DNA from: Escherichia phage CSP1C
Sequence record: PQ202980
Strand: one strand, 5' to 3'
DNA length: 55,550 bases
Under the pieces are notes generated by a model. The model was not told the DNA's origin and ran no database searches. It worked only from the letters and a program-made list of their open reading frames with translations. The first letter of the stretch is position 1, and the number at the start of each line of letters is the position of its first letter. The translations under genes and the position numbers were made by a program. Shown in pieces: positions 47,139 to 54,688 of this stretch.

Positions 47139-47350
47139 GATGCAACCCTTAATGTGGTTAAGCAGTATTGCTTTGTTGAAGTAATAATAGCCTTGCATCG
47201 TGATATTGAATAGGCCAAAAGTGCTATTTTGATATTGTTTTGCATCTAGTGAAAATTATGCTTGCCCTGCATGTTTAGCACAAACGGCCTAATTAACATC
47301 ACATCATCTGGAGTATTCGCGCGGGCGCACACATGCTTATAAGGTGGTGC

Positions 47351-47466
47351 CGGATCGACCAGGTGGGAGCGGTGCACAGGATCGACCAGGGGCATCCGGC
47401 GCCCTGCGTGCGCGGAGCCTACCAGGTGGAAGCAGCTCCTGCGTGTGCCGGAAATACCAGGGGCGC
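47351..47466. repeat. GC-rich degenerate direct repeats containing ACCAGG(T)GG (4 copies)
   Basis: ACCAGG cores at 47358, 47385, 47421 and 47456, each in a related 15-20 nt context, inside an otherwise AT-rich intergenic region. Confidence 0.55.
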
Positions 47467-47516
47467 GCGAGCCCATGCACTTTACAAAATATTTTTATAA
47501 AAAGTGCAAAAAGGTG

Positions 47517-47560
47517 TAGACACATGATCGGTCTAGCACTACTATATACACATACCGCAA
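47517..47560 (+). promoter_or_regulatory. promoter/operator-like element TAGACACATGATCGGTCTAG
   Basis: Palindromic AGAC-N-GTCT element with GATC core about 60 nt upstream of the ATG at 47597; near-identical copy at 48357. Confidence 0.45.
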
Positions 47561-47596
47561 GGGTACTACAAATTAACTAATTCACGGGGGTACAAA

Positions 47597-47860
47597 ATGG
47601 TCCGCATCCTGGAACGTTATAAAAACGAAGCTACTGGCGCTATTGCATTCAAACGTATGTTAGTAAAACAAATCGACGGTTTATACCGTGTTGTTAAAGA
47701 AGTCGATTACGGCAACGGCGCAGGGGTGAGCACCACTATCGTCCCGGGCATTAAAGCGTATAAAACTTTAAAAGGTGCCGAGAAAGCCTTAGCCGCCTGG
47801 AAACCTGCTCGTTATCAAATGTCTCGTGTCGAAGGGCTTATGCAGGAAGGTAAAATCTAA
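47597..47860 (+). CDS. hypothetical protein
   Basis: 87 aa, first gene of the + strand block. Confidence 0.5.
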   Translation: MVRILERYKNEATGAIAFKRMLVKQIDGLYRVVKEVDYGNGAGVSTTIVPGIKAYKTLKGAEKALAAWKPARYQMSRVEGLMQEGKI

Positions 47861-47925
47861 GTTTGTTTATACAATGGGCATTAATACAGTGCCCATTAAG
47901 CTAACTAATCATATCGAGGTGTATT

Positions 47926-48210
47926 ATGTCCATCGTTACTATGTCGTTCTTCGACCATTGCAATAACGAAAAACAAATTATTGTTAACCTGCAAAAAGGG
48001 CTGGTTATCGCACGCAATGCTAACCGCCAATGCATCGCGCTAACCGATTTTGCTTTCCGCCTTAACGTGGACAACACCACCGCCAAAAATATCGTTCACG
48101 ATACAGCGATGGAAGCCGCTCATGCTGCGAAGGATAAAGGTATCCGCGCAGCACGCGAAATCATGCACAAAGCGCTCGGCATCACGTTCTTCGTTGGCAT
48201 TAAGGGGTAA
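47926..48210 (+). CDS. hypothetical protein
   Basis: 94 aa ORF. Confidence 0.45.
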   Translation: MSIVTMSFFDHCNNEKQIIVNLQKGLVIARNANRQCIALTDFAFRLNVDNTTAKNIVHDTAMEAAHAAKDKGIRAAREIMHKALGITFFVGIKG

Positions 48211-48215
48211 CTACT

Positions 48216-48359
48216 ATGGCACGCAAATACTCGCTTACACGCGCACAGCACGCGTTATTATTGCAGGTTATGCGCATGAAGTACGAAAAGACTACATGGG
48301 CGCAAGCCATGCAGACAGGGCGCGAGTTCTACGCGCAATTAATAGCACAAAATGCCTAG
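48216..48359 (+). CDS. hypothetical small protein (47 aa)
   Basis: ATG 48216 six nt after the upstream stop; product MARKYSLTRAQHALLLQVMRMKYEK. Confidence 0.35.
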   Translation: MARKYSLTRAQHALLLQVMRMKYEKTTWAQAMQTGREFYAQLIAQNA

Positions 48360-48400
48360 ACAACATGATCGGTCTGGTGGATACTACACACATCAACCAA
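48357..48400 (+). promoter_or_regulatory. second copy of TAGACA-CATGATCGGTCT promoter/operator-like element
   Basis: TAGACAACATGATCGGTCTGG about 60 nt upstream of the ATG at 48418. Confidence 0.45.
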
Positions 48401-48417
48401 ACAACGGGGTAAACAAA

Positions 48418-48657
48418 ATGCGTAGTTTCAAATGTGTAAGCGTAAACGATAATGCTAAGGCTAGTGCTAAGGGTCTGTTCACAGTAGGTAAAGTGTATGA
48501 CTTCAACATGGAAAGTTATATACACATAACCCTCACGGGCGTAATGTTCGGCGACGTTGGTGCTGTACGCTGCGATTTAAACAAGTACACGGAAAAGGAA
48601 TATGCTCTTATCAGCCGCTACACGGGCGAGCCGTTAGCTGTGTTCCATGCAGCTTAA
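48418..48657 (+). CDS. hypothetical protein
   Basis: 79 aa from ATG 48418; the track's upstream extension is rejected. Confidence 0.45.
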   Translation: MRSFKCVSVNDNAKASAKGLFTVGKVYDFNMESYIHITLTGVMFGDVGAVRCDLNKYTEKEYALISRYTGEPLAVFHAA

Positions 48658-48729
48658 GCTATAACGCACACAGCGCCACGCTAGCGAGCTAATGTACATA
48701 GGCAATGGTAATGCATTAGCTCGGGCGAA

Positions 48730-48920
48730 ACAGGCGCACAGCGTCGCGCACAGCTCGCACAGCGCACACCGACCCACGCAGGCCCAGCCGCGCGACCCGA
48801 CCCATCCTTTTCCAGGTACTTGGAGCGCCGGGGCGTGCCCTGTCCATCCTGATAGTAAGTGCTTGTCTAAATCTCACCCATCACATAGCCTATCCACCTA
48901 CATCCATGACCCCACCTACC
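48730..48920. repeat. GC-rich short tandem repeats (CGCACAGC x3; CCACCTAC x2)
   Basis: gcgcacagcgtcgcgcacagctcgcacagcgcacacc and ccacctacatccatgaccccacctacc within a 430 bp gene-free interval. Confidence 0.5.
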
Positions 48921-49091
48921 TTCTTTTTGAATATATTGCGCTCATCCTTTCTAAATATATGGATTTTGGTAGTAAATTCTGAGTCGTCAACGTATAATTC
49001 GTCTTGTAGCTGCTCCATAGCTACCATCTTTAAGCGGATGCAACCAATTTCTATCAATTCTTACCAGTTTTACAGCATCAAGGAGGTATTT

Positions 49092-49343
49092 ATGTGCGAC
49101 TCCAGTGCAAGCACCACGACAAACTCCTCCAGCAATGTGGTTACAGAGGTAAATGCAATGCGATTAGGTCCATATCGCGGCTATTATGGTCGTGCTGCAT
49201 GGAATGACGCTACTCAACGTTTTGAAGGCTGGATTATCTGCCCGGAACGTGTTAAATTTCACTCCGTAAAAGAGAAAAATATCGTTCTTAATTTTCAAAA
49301 ATGTGTCACTAAATATGTAGAGGAGCAAGAAGAATGCGTGTAG
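49092..49343 (+). CDS. hypothetical protein
   Basis: 83 aa from ATG 49092 with strong SD AAGGAGG. Confidence 0.45.
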   Translation: MCDSSASTTTNSSSNVVTEVNAMRLGPYRGYYGRAAWNDATQRFEGWIICPERVKFHSVKEKNIVLNFQKCVTKYVEEQEECV

Positions 49344-49585
49344 GGGAGGGTGAAAAGGTTGTTAACTATTTCGGGACTCAGGTTATAGTACCTGCCTGGG
49401 TTAATTGGCTCGCGGTTGATAAATGTGAAGAGCTCTATGCTTACGAAAACGAGCCTTATATAGACGAATGCGACGATTACGACAAATGGTATGAGGATAC
49501 GGGTAAATCCATCTTTATTGGCGAGTTTCCTTTCGAAGAAGGTTGTTGGGTAAATTCTTTAGTTAATGTTAGTTCGGAGGCTTAA
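49334..49585 (+). CDS. hypothetical protein, member of 3-copy paralogous family
   Basis: VPAWVNWLAVDKCEELYAYENEPY matches ORFs 50172 and 28040. Confidence 0.45.
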   Translation: MRVGEGEKVVNYFGTQVIVPAWVNWLAVDKCEELYAYENEPYIDECDDYDKWYEDTGKSIFIGEFPFEEGCWVNSLVNVSSEA

Positions 49586-49876
49586 ATGCGTGTAGAAGAG
49601 ATTGTTGAAGGTAAAGAGTATCGTTTACTGACCGATATTGGTGGTGTTGGGTATACTCCTGATGATGCAGCTTGTTTTAACGTCCTTCCGCAAGGCGCTA
49701 TCGTAACAGTTAACAAGGTTGTTACCGATTTATACAGCGTTCATGACGGCAGATGGCCACATGCAGTTATTGTTACCTTCGGTAAAGATGGATATGTGGA
49801 TCTTGACGGCGAAGATGACGCTTACGAAGTTGCTTATACCGGTCTTGTAAGCCCCAATTTCCTGGAGGAAGTGTAA
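49586..49876 (+). CDS. hypothetical protein
   Basis: 96 aa ORF. Confidence 0.45.
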   Translation: MRVEEIVEGKEYRLLTDIGGVGYTPDDAACFNVLPQGAIVTVNKVVTDLYSVHDGRWPHAVIVTFGKDGYVDLDGEDDAYEVAYTGLVSPNFLEEV

Positions 49877-49926
49877 TTATCAATCTATAATGGGCTCTAC
49901 GGAGCCCTTAATTATCTGGAGGAGAT

Positions 49927-50169
49927 GTGTTTCCGCGGAATGGTTTAAAGTGGACTGCAAGGGATCTTGCTTTGCTAAAGGTTAACGCTGGAAAGATATC
50001 GGCGGAAGAAATAGCTTACTACCTTAGAAGAGACGTTGAATCTGTACATATCAAAGCAAGTAGGCTAAAGTTGTCCTTAGTAACAAACAGATGCAAGCGC
50101 GGGCACGAACGGGTGTACCGCAAAGGGCGCTGGCGCTGCAATGAATGCCGTAAACTTAAAGGATACTGA
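49927..50169 (+). CDS. putative small DNA-binding protein (HTH-like plus C-terminal Cys/His zinc-ribbon-like motif)
   Basis: 80 aa; C-terminal CKRGHERVYRKGRWRCNEC. Confidence 0.35.
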   Translation: MFPRNGLKWTARDLALLKVNAGKISAEEIAYYLRRDVESVHIKASRLKLSLVTNRCKRGHERVYRKGRWRCNECRKLKGY

Positions 50170-50171
50170 CT

Positions 50172-50468
50172 ATGTTATATTTAGGAATGGACGAAACTGG
50201 ACACGCAATTCCTTCTGTTAACAAAGAAACGCAAGTATTTACAGACTATTACGGGTCTGCTATCCCTGTAGAGCCCTGGGCTAACTTTATCGCTGTAGAT
50301 GCAGACGGTAAAGTACATTGTTATGATGCAAAACCTTCTTGCTATGAATCTGGTAAGCAATGGATGCTTGGCGTATACGGTTTGCATGTGCGCTACTGCG
50401 GTGAAGTTGACCTTGAAGGTGTGGACTGGCGCGATACGCTAAGGGAGATTAAACATGTCCGCGGCTGA
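50172..50468 (+). CDS. hypothetical protein, member of 3-copy paralogous family
   Basis: VEPWANFIAVDADGKVHCYDAKPS and EVDLEGVDWRDTL shared with ORFs 49334 and 28040. Confidence 0.45.
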   Translation: MLYLGMDETGHAIPSVNKETQVFTDYYGSAIPVEPWANFIAVDADGKVHCYDAKPSCYESGKQWMLGVYGLHVRYCGEVDLEGVDWRDTLREIKHVRG

Positions 50469-50544
50469 AGTTACGACATTTATAATAGCTTTTGTAATTG
50501 CTTTATTTCTTCTAGCTAAGTTAGATTTATTTATGGGGTGACTT

Positions 50545-50736
50545 ATGCAAAGACTGTCAGATGATCGTGTTGCTAAGCTTGCGGAATATGACTGTGCAAG
50601 CAATGACGAAGTTATGTCGTTGGCACAAGAAGTAAAGGAACTTCGAGCTGTAGCAAAGGACTTCCTGCGTCGTAATAAATATGGTCCTTTGTTCTATCGT
50701 GATTTGTATAACCGTTTTAAGGAGATTGTGAAATGA
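50545..50736 (+). CDS. hypothetical protein
   Basis: 63 aa ORF. Confidence 0.4.
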   Translation: MQRLSDDRVAKLAEYDCASNDEVMSLAQEVKELRAVAKDFLRRNKYGPLFYRDLYNRFKEIVK

Positions 50737-51002
50737 TTACCGCTCAAGAAGCTCGTGAATTAAGTGATAAGCTGGATATTAGCGAAGATATTGAATTTAT
50801 CAGTGATAGCATTCGCGTAGCTGCTACAAAGGGATACAATAAAGTATCACTTGTAACTAAATACGGGGCTGTTGGCAATCCTGACACTCAAGACCCAACC
50901 ATTATGAAGATTGCTAAATGGTTAGCTGATTCTGGTTTTACTGTCCTATACTATCCTTCAATGGACCAACGGGATAACGAGCGTACTGAGGTGGCCTGGT
51001 GA
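50733..51002 (+). CDS. hypothetical protein
   Basis: 89 aa ORF overlapping upstream stop. Confidence 0.4.
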   Translation: MITAQEARELSDKLDISEDIEFISDSIRVAATKGYNKVSLVTKYGAVGNPDTQDPTIMKIAKWLADSGFTVLYYPSMDQRDNERTEVAW

Positions 51003-51069
51003 TTGAAGAAAATATCAAATATTGGAAAGGTTTTATTGACGAAATGCTGAAACCATTGGAGAAGAAATA

Positions 51070-51462
51070 ATGCTATTAGTCGTCACCGGAGGGCGTAATT
51101 TTAAACATGTAGAGTATATTTATGCTCAACTTGATAAGTTGCATACGCAAAGAAGGATAACCACACTTCGCCACGGTGACGCTTCCGGTGTTGACCGGAT
51201 TTGCGCACATTGGGCAGAGCGCAACGGTATTAAGACAGAAGCGTTCCCTGCGCCGTGGGGCAATCTTTCCTTACCAAATACCAAGATACGGTATAACGCC
51301 AGAGGTGCTTATAATGCACAAGCGGGCGCTTACCGTAATCAATTAATGCTGGATACTGATCCTAGACCAGATCACGCTATTGTGTTTCCGGGCGGAGCTG
51401 GTACTATGGATATGTACAGACGGATTAAAGCATCCGGTATCCCTTACACATTAGCGGAGTAA
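51070..51462 (+). CDS. SLOG/DUF2493-like Rossmann-fold protein (predicted nucleotide-binding)
   Basis: Gly-rich motifs VVTGGRNF, HGDASGVDRI and FPGGAGTMDM in LOG/DprA-like order; SD GGAGAAG. Confidence 0.45.
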   Translation: MLLVVTGGRNFKHVEYIYAQLDKLHTQRRITTLRHGDASGVDRICAHWAERNGIKTEAFPAPWGNLSLPNTKIRYNARGAYNAQAGAYRNQLMLDTDPRPDHAIVFPGGAGTMDMYRRIKASGIPYTLAE

Positions 51463-51465
51463 ATA

Positions 51466-51936
51466 ATGGCTGACGTTAAAACTATTGTTGATGCAATGGA
51501 CGAATCCAAAGACTGCCAACTGAAGAAGTCGTTTGAAGTAAAACAGGTTACAGAGACTCAGTTAATAGCAAGATTCGCACGTCATTGCGGCTTGGGGCGC
51601 GGGAAAGACTGGAACGGGCTTATTGTTATGCCTACATCACAGATCCTTGTCTATGTCCGTAATGTTGTAGAAGATGTTCTGCGTCTTCAGGTTGAAATCG
51701 GTGATGTAGAAATTAACATGACCGCGAGCTCTACCATTGTGGTTAAATGGCAGACGGGCGAGACACTTCGTTTAGAAGCGTGCCATTGCGCTAAGAGCTT
51801 GCATCACCTACGCGGTTGTCACTACCAGTTTGTTGGCTTTGTGCATCTACAAGGGTTAAGCGGGCGTACGGCGATGGTAGCGCGTTTGCTGCTGCGTCCT
51901 TATAATAACGAGCCGGAAGTCATATACGAGGCATAA
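51466..51936 (+). CDS. hypothetical protein with Cys/His cluster
   Basis: 156 aa; ACHCAKSLHHLRGCH suggests metal binding. Confidence 0.4.
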   Translation: MADVKTIVDAMDESKDCQLKKSFEVKQVTETQLIARFARHCGLGRGKDWNGLIVMPTSQILVYVRNVVEDVLRLQVEIGDVEINMTASSTIVVKWQTGETLRLEACHCAKSLHHLRGCHYQFVGFVHLQGLSGRTAMVARLLLRPYNNEPEVIYEA

Positions 51937-51937
51937 G

Positions 51938-52360
51938 ATGATTAAACATGTCAAACAGCCAACTTTAAATACATGCGTTTCTGCGTGTTTGGCAATGATC
52001 CTTAATAGACCTGTAGAAGAAGTAATTGCGGAATTTCATGATCGATATTACAACAACTGGGAAATAACAATTTCCGAATATTTAGTACAAAACAATGTTG
52101 ACCACATCTGTTCTGTGGGCGGTGGGCGTGAGACTATATACATGGGTGGTTTGTTTTTGTGCACTGTCCCAAGTCTCAATGTTCCTGGAGCACTGCATCA
52201 GGTTGTGATCGATACAACTAATCACAAGTTTATTGTACATGACCCAATTAAAGGTTGGGAAGGTAAAAAGTTCTACGTTGGCCCGGATCAAGATCCTGAA
52301 CAGCCAGGAGCATTTATCATTCATACTTGGGTTAAAGACGTTGAGATTGTGCTTAATTAA
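51938..52360 (+). CDS. papain-fold cysteine peptidase, C39-like
   Basis: N-terminal KQPTLNTCVSACLAMIL matches the C39 Q-x5-C..ACLAMI signature; downstream HQVVID and IVHDP give candidate His/Asp. Confidence 0.5.
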   Translation: MIKHVKQPTLNTCVSACLAMILNRPVEEVIAEFHDRYYNNWEITISEYLVQNNVDHICSVGGGRETIYMGGLFLCTVPSLNVPGALHQVVIDTTNHKFIVHDPIKGWEGKKFYVGPDQDPEQPGAFIIHTWVKDVEIVLN

Positions 52361-52422
52361 AAACCTTGCTATCAGATAACCCTTCATTGTATTGTGTACC
52401 CATCGAATAAGAGGGGTACACA

Positions 52423-52608
52423 ATGACCAAACTATACGCCGGATTGTTTTTATTTGCGACGTTAATGTTCGCTGGGCTTTATACCTATACAGTAGTCGAA
52501 CAACCTTCCACGGTTATCCGAATCTTTGCAAGTACAGGGCTTTGTATCTGTCTTATTCTATTTGTTTTATGCATTGTTATTATCCAAGACCAAAGGAAAA
52601 TTAAATGA
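52423..52608 (+). CDS. small membrane protein (2 TM)
   Basis: 61 aa with two hydrophobic helices; stop overlaps next ATG (ATGA). Confidence 0.45.
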   Translation: MTKLYAGLFLFATLMFAGLYTYTVVEQPSTVIRIFASTGLCICLILFVLCIVIIQDQRKIK

Positions 52609-53069
52609 CCACAATTGCGTTTGATGGAAAAGTATTAGCTGCGGACCGTGGAGTTATGCGCGGGGAAGTTGTGACTGCATATAAGAAAGTTCACAGCGTA
52701 AATGGGCATCGTGGACGGTTTTTACTGGGTCTGTGCGGCCTTACAGCATTCACCGATCAAGTGCTGCGTTATTTTAATAGCGCTGAACCTGTTAAGTTCC
52801 CAGATATTAAAGTTTACAGCAAAGATGATGATTACGGGCAAACTTGCGGTCTTGCGGTTACTCCGGAAGGTACTTGCCATTTTATTTACAATGATGGTAC
52901 GTTGAGCGAGCCTATGCTGGACGGCTGGGGGTCGGATGGTAGCGGTTGTGTGTTTGCTGCGGGAGCTCTGGCTGCTGGTGCAAGCGCACGCGAAGCTATC
53001 GAGCTAGCAATCAAGCATACCACATGTGCATTTCTTGGCGTTGATACAATATCGTTTGAGGGTTTTTAA
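52605..53069 (+). CDS. Ntn-hydrolase, proteasome beta / HslV-like peptidase
   Basis: N-terminus MTTIAFDGKVLAADRG (Thr directly after Met) and later GSDGSG motif fit the proteasome/HslV fold. Confidence 0.5.
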   Translation: MTTIAFDGKVLAADRGVMRGEVVTAYKKVHSVNGHRGRFLLGLCGLTAFTDQVLRYFNSAEPVKFPDIKVYSKDDDYGQTCGLAVTPEGTCHFIYNDGTLSEPMLDGWGSDGSGCVFAAGALAAGASAREAIELAIKHTTCAFLGVDTISFEGF

Positions 53070-53330
53070 ATGACTACATTCAGTCACCTGATCCCACCTG
53101 CTTATCACAGCAAGGTAGTTGACCACGGGACGCATGTTGTAATTGGTGGCGAAATCTTTATCACAGATAACGAGGAAATCGCCATTGCAATTATTGACAG
53201 CACTCAGCATGACTTTATGGTTATCCTGCAACACGAACCCGATAACTTCACTTTTTACTCCAGCTACGGGGTCGATAAAGGTGGAAAAAGCCTTGTTAGC
53301 TGGTACATTAGCGAGTGGTTTGACGGGTAA
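53070..53330 (+). CDS. hypothetical protein
   Basis: 86 aa; ATG directly after upstream stop, SD GAGGG. Confidence 0.45.
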   Translation: MTTFSHLIPPAYHSKVVDHGTHVVIGGEIFITDNEEIAIAIIDSTQHDFMVILQHEPDNFTFYSSYGVDKGGKSLVSWYISEWFDG

Positions 53331-53412
53331 TCTCCTTAGATCAATTCTCCTTGCGCCGTATCAAGTTTCTCTGTTACCCTTGAGTGGTTCATGTCAAGCG
53401 GAGGAACTCGAT

Positions 53413-53850
53413 ATGGCACTTCAACCTCGTGGTATTCGTAATAACAATCCAGGCAATATTCGCTGGGGTGACAATTGGCAGGGCTTAGTTCCTGCTGATA
53501 AGCGGACCGATAAATCTTTTGCTCAATTCACGCAACCGATTTACGGCATCCGCGCTCTGGCGAAAGTCCTGACCAACTACACCAAACGTGAAGGCTTACC
53601 CAATGTGGGTAAGAAAAACATCGACACTGTACGTGAAATTATCTCTCGCTGGGCTCCGCCTAACGAAAACGATACGGAAGCGTATATTCGTTCTGTTGCC
53701 AAAGCAATTGGTGTTGAACCTAACGATCCAATCAATGTCTTCGACAAGACGATAATGTCAGGTTTGGTAAAAGCAATCATTCGTCATGAAAATGGCATGA
53801 TGCCTTACACGGACGACGTAATCAACCGCGCTATTGCAATGGTAATTTAA
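53413..53850 (+). CDS. putative endolysin / cell-wall hydrolase (family unassigned)
   Basis: 145 aa from ATG 53413 (SD GGAGGA) with N-terminal RNNNPGNIRWGDNWQG motif; assignment is positional (immediately upstream of holin and spanins). Confidence 0.4.
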   Translation: MALQPRGIRNNNPGNIRWGDNWQGLVPADKRTDKSFAQFTQPIYGIRALAKVLTNYTKREGLPNVGKKNIDTVREIISRWAPPNENDTEAYIRSVAKAIGVEPNDPINVFDKTIMSGLVKAIIRHENGMMPYTDDVINRAIAMVI

Positions 53851-53855
53851 CTGAT

Positions 53856-53877
53856 GGGGCGTCAGCCCCTTTTTATT
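53856..53877 (+). terminator. terminator/attenuator-like hairpin between endolysin-like gene and holin
   Basis: GGGGC gtca GCCCC followed by TTTTTATT. Confidence 0.5.
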
Positions 53878-53886
53878 GGAGGGAAC

Positions 53887-54231
53887 ATGTTCAACTCATC
53901 AAACGAACATTGGGCAGTTCTAGCGGGGTTTGCTCTGATTTCCCTCATTGGGGGAGCTCTCGGTTACGTCATGCGTACGATTGACGCTGGTAAGAAGGTA
54001 CGGATAAGCATTGCATGTCTTGAAGGTTTATCCGCCGCGTTCTTTGGCGTTATAATGTACGCGATCTACAGGGAGTTTAATATCAGCCTTTGGTTCGCTT
54101 TTGGCCTTGCTGGCCTATTCGCTTGGGCGGGTTCACGTGCTACGCTAAAAGCTCTAAAGTCGCTTCTAGCATCGCGGACAGGGATCAAACTCGACTCAGA
54201 GGACTGCAAACATGAAAATGATTCTAAATAA
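53887..54231 (+). CDS. holin (3 predicted TM helices)
   Basis: 114 aa from ATG 53887 with SD GGAGGG; three hydrophobic helices and charged C-terminus. Confidence 0.6.
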   Translation: MFNSSNEHWAVLAGFALISLIGGALGYVMRTIDAGKKVRISIACLEGLSAAFFGVIMYAIYREFNISLWFAFGLAGLFAWAGSRATLKALKSLLASRTGIKLDSEDCKHENDSK

Positions 54232-54688
54232 CTTCTTCAGTTTTATAAAAGCTAAACCGCGTCTATTTATCGAGTACCTGATGATTGGCGCGGTGGTGTT
54301 TCTATGCGGAGTGGCCGCTTACCTGTGGTCACAAAACGAGCTTAACAAATCAAATTTAAGCTTGGCTGAAGAACGTTTAACCGTTGTGGAGAAGGACAAT
54401 GCTAAGCTGAGCGAAGCTGTTGTATTTCTTGCTGCACAAAGGGAGAAAGATACGGACTCTTTCAAGAAACTAACTTCTGCAATTCAGGACGAACAACATA
54501 ACCACAAGTTGCTTCAGGACAAGTTGCAGACACTGGAGAAAAGCAATGCCGACGTCAAAGCTTATCTTAACGAGCGTATTCCTGATGATTTGCGCAGGTT
54601 GCTCGACGCAGACTCAACCTCCCCCAGCTCCACAGATAGTGAAGGTAAGACTACCCGCGCATCTACTGGTGGAATGTCGGGAAGTTGA
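54212..54688 (+). CDS. i-spanin (Rz-like)
   Basis: N-terminal TM helix then coiled-coil-rich periplasmic domain; overlaps the o-spanin gene. Confidence 0.6.
   Translation: MKMILNNFFSFIKAKPRLFIEYLMIGAVVFLCGVAAYLWSQNELNKSNLSLAEERLTVVEKDNAKLSEAVVFLAAQREKDTDSFKKLTSAIQDEQHNHKLLQDKLQTLEKSNADVKAYLNERIPDDLRRLLDADSTSPSSTDSEGKTTRASTGGMSGS

Noticed and set aside
47340-47470. Possible CRISPR-like array suggested by four GC-rich direct repeats
   Set aside because: Repeats are short, degenerate and irregularly spaced (27-36 bp), with no clean repeat-spacer periodicity and no cas genes; reported as regulatory/iteron-like repeats instead.
47246-47580. Track ORFs 47246..47476 (-), 47337..47525 (-) and 47344..47580 (+)
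   Set aside because: Lie entirely on the GC-rich repeat island; Arg/Pro/Gly-rich, no RBS, mutually overlapping in three frames.
48692-48982. Track ORF 48692..48982 (+), His/Ser/Pro-rich
   Set aside because: Low-complexity translation of tandem repeats, no SD, in an interval better explained as non-coding.
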